Below are positions 21,951 to 22,034 of a stretch of 22,034 bases of DNA, one piece after another. Numbering within the stretch: position 1 is the first letter of the stretch; the number at the start of each line of letters is the position of its first letter. This DNA is from a virus (Duplodnaviria > Heunggongvirae > Uroviricota > Caudoviricetes): the IMG/VR virus record IMGVR_UViG_2690316286_000005; one strand, written 5' to 3'. The position numbers and the translations under genes are program-made. The notes beneath the pieces were generated by a model. The model had not been told where the DNA came from. It searched no databases and worked only from the letters and a program-made list of their open reading frames with translations.

Positions 21951-21983
21951 TCATTAAATGGACTTTGTGATTTGCAAAAAAAT

Positions 21984-22034
21984 TTATTTCAGGCACTGAG
22001 TCCTGATGTACTCCTGAAGCATTCTCAATGCTGT
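21984..22034 (-). CDS. 3' end of an upstream gene (partial, frame uncertain)
   Basis: Minus-strand frame from the window edge ends ...TALRMLQEYIRTQCLK at TAA (21986..21984); an alternative frame stays open to 21847, so the assignment is tentative. Confidence 0.25.
   Translation of the reverse strand, partial: TALRMLQEYIRTQCLK

Noticed and set aside
21847-22034. Alternative minus-strand frame open from the window edge through the hairpin to TAG at 21847
   Set aside because: It would place the hairpin and T-tract inside coding sequence; the frame ending at 21984 followed by a terminator is the simpler reading, though neither can be confirmed without upstream sequence.
1-22034. Scan for CRISPR repeats, tRNA/rRNA genes, IS elements or integrase
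   Set aside because: No regularly spaced direct repeats, no tRNA-like or rRNA-like segments, and no transposase- or integrase-like ORFs are apparent; the window is continuous structural-gene coding sequence.

Overview
The window is almost entirely one densely packed minus-strand operon: the late (packaging, head, tail) module of a contractile-tailed dsDNA phage or prophage. I saw no rRNA, tRNA, CRISPR array, integrase or transposase. Gene order, reading right to left on the minus strand: a partial upstream ORF and terminator-like hairpin; a possible Rha-like regulator; a small 70-aa ORF; terminase small and large subunits; portal; Mu F-like head morphogenesis protein; DUF2213-like protein; head structural protein; major capsid protein; four head-completion/neck ORFs; tail sheath; tail tube; tail assembly chaperone with an apparent -1 frameshift extension; tape measure protein carrying a lytic transglycosylase domain; baseplate genes; tail fiber; tail fiber assembly protein. 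A run of N at 5749..5830 interrupts one tail gene. All family names come from motif recognition by eye, not from any search, and ORF-track starts include GTG/TTG codons, so several starts were moved to downstream ATGs with better ribosome-binding sites. I did not find a clearly novel system; the most checkable observations are the chaperone frameshift site, the enzymatic tape measure domain, and the regulator-like genes placed directly ahead of the terminase.
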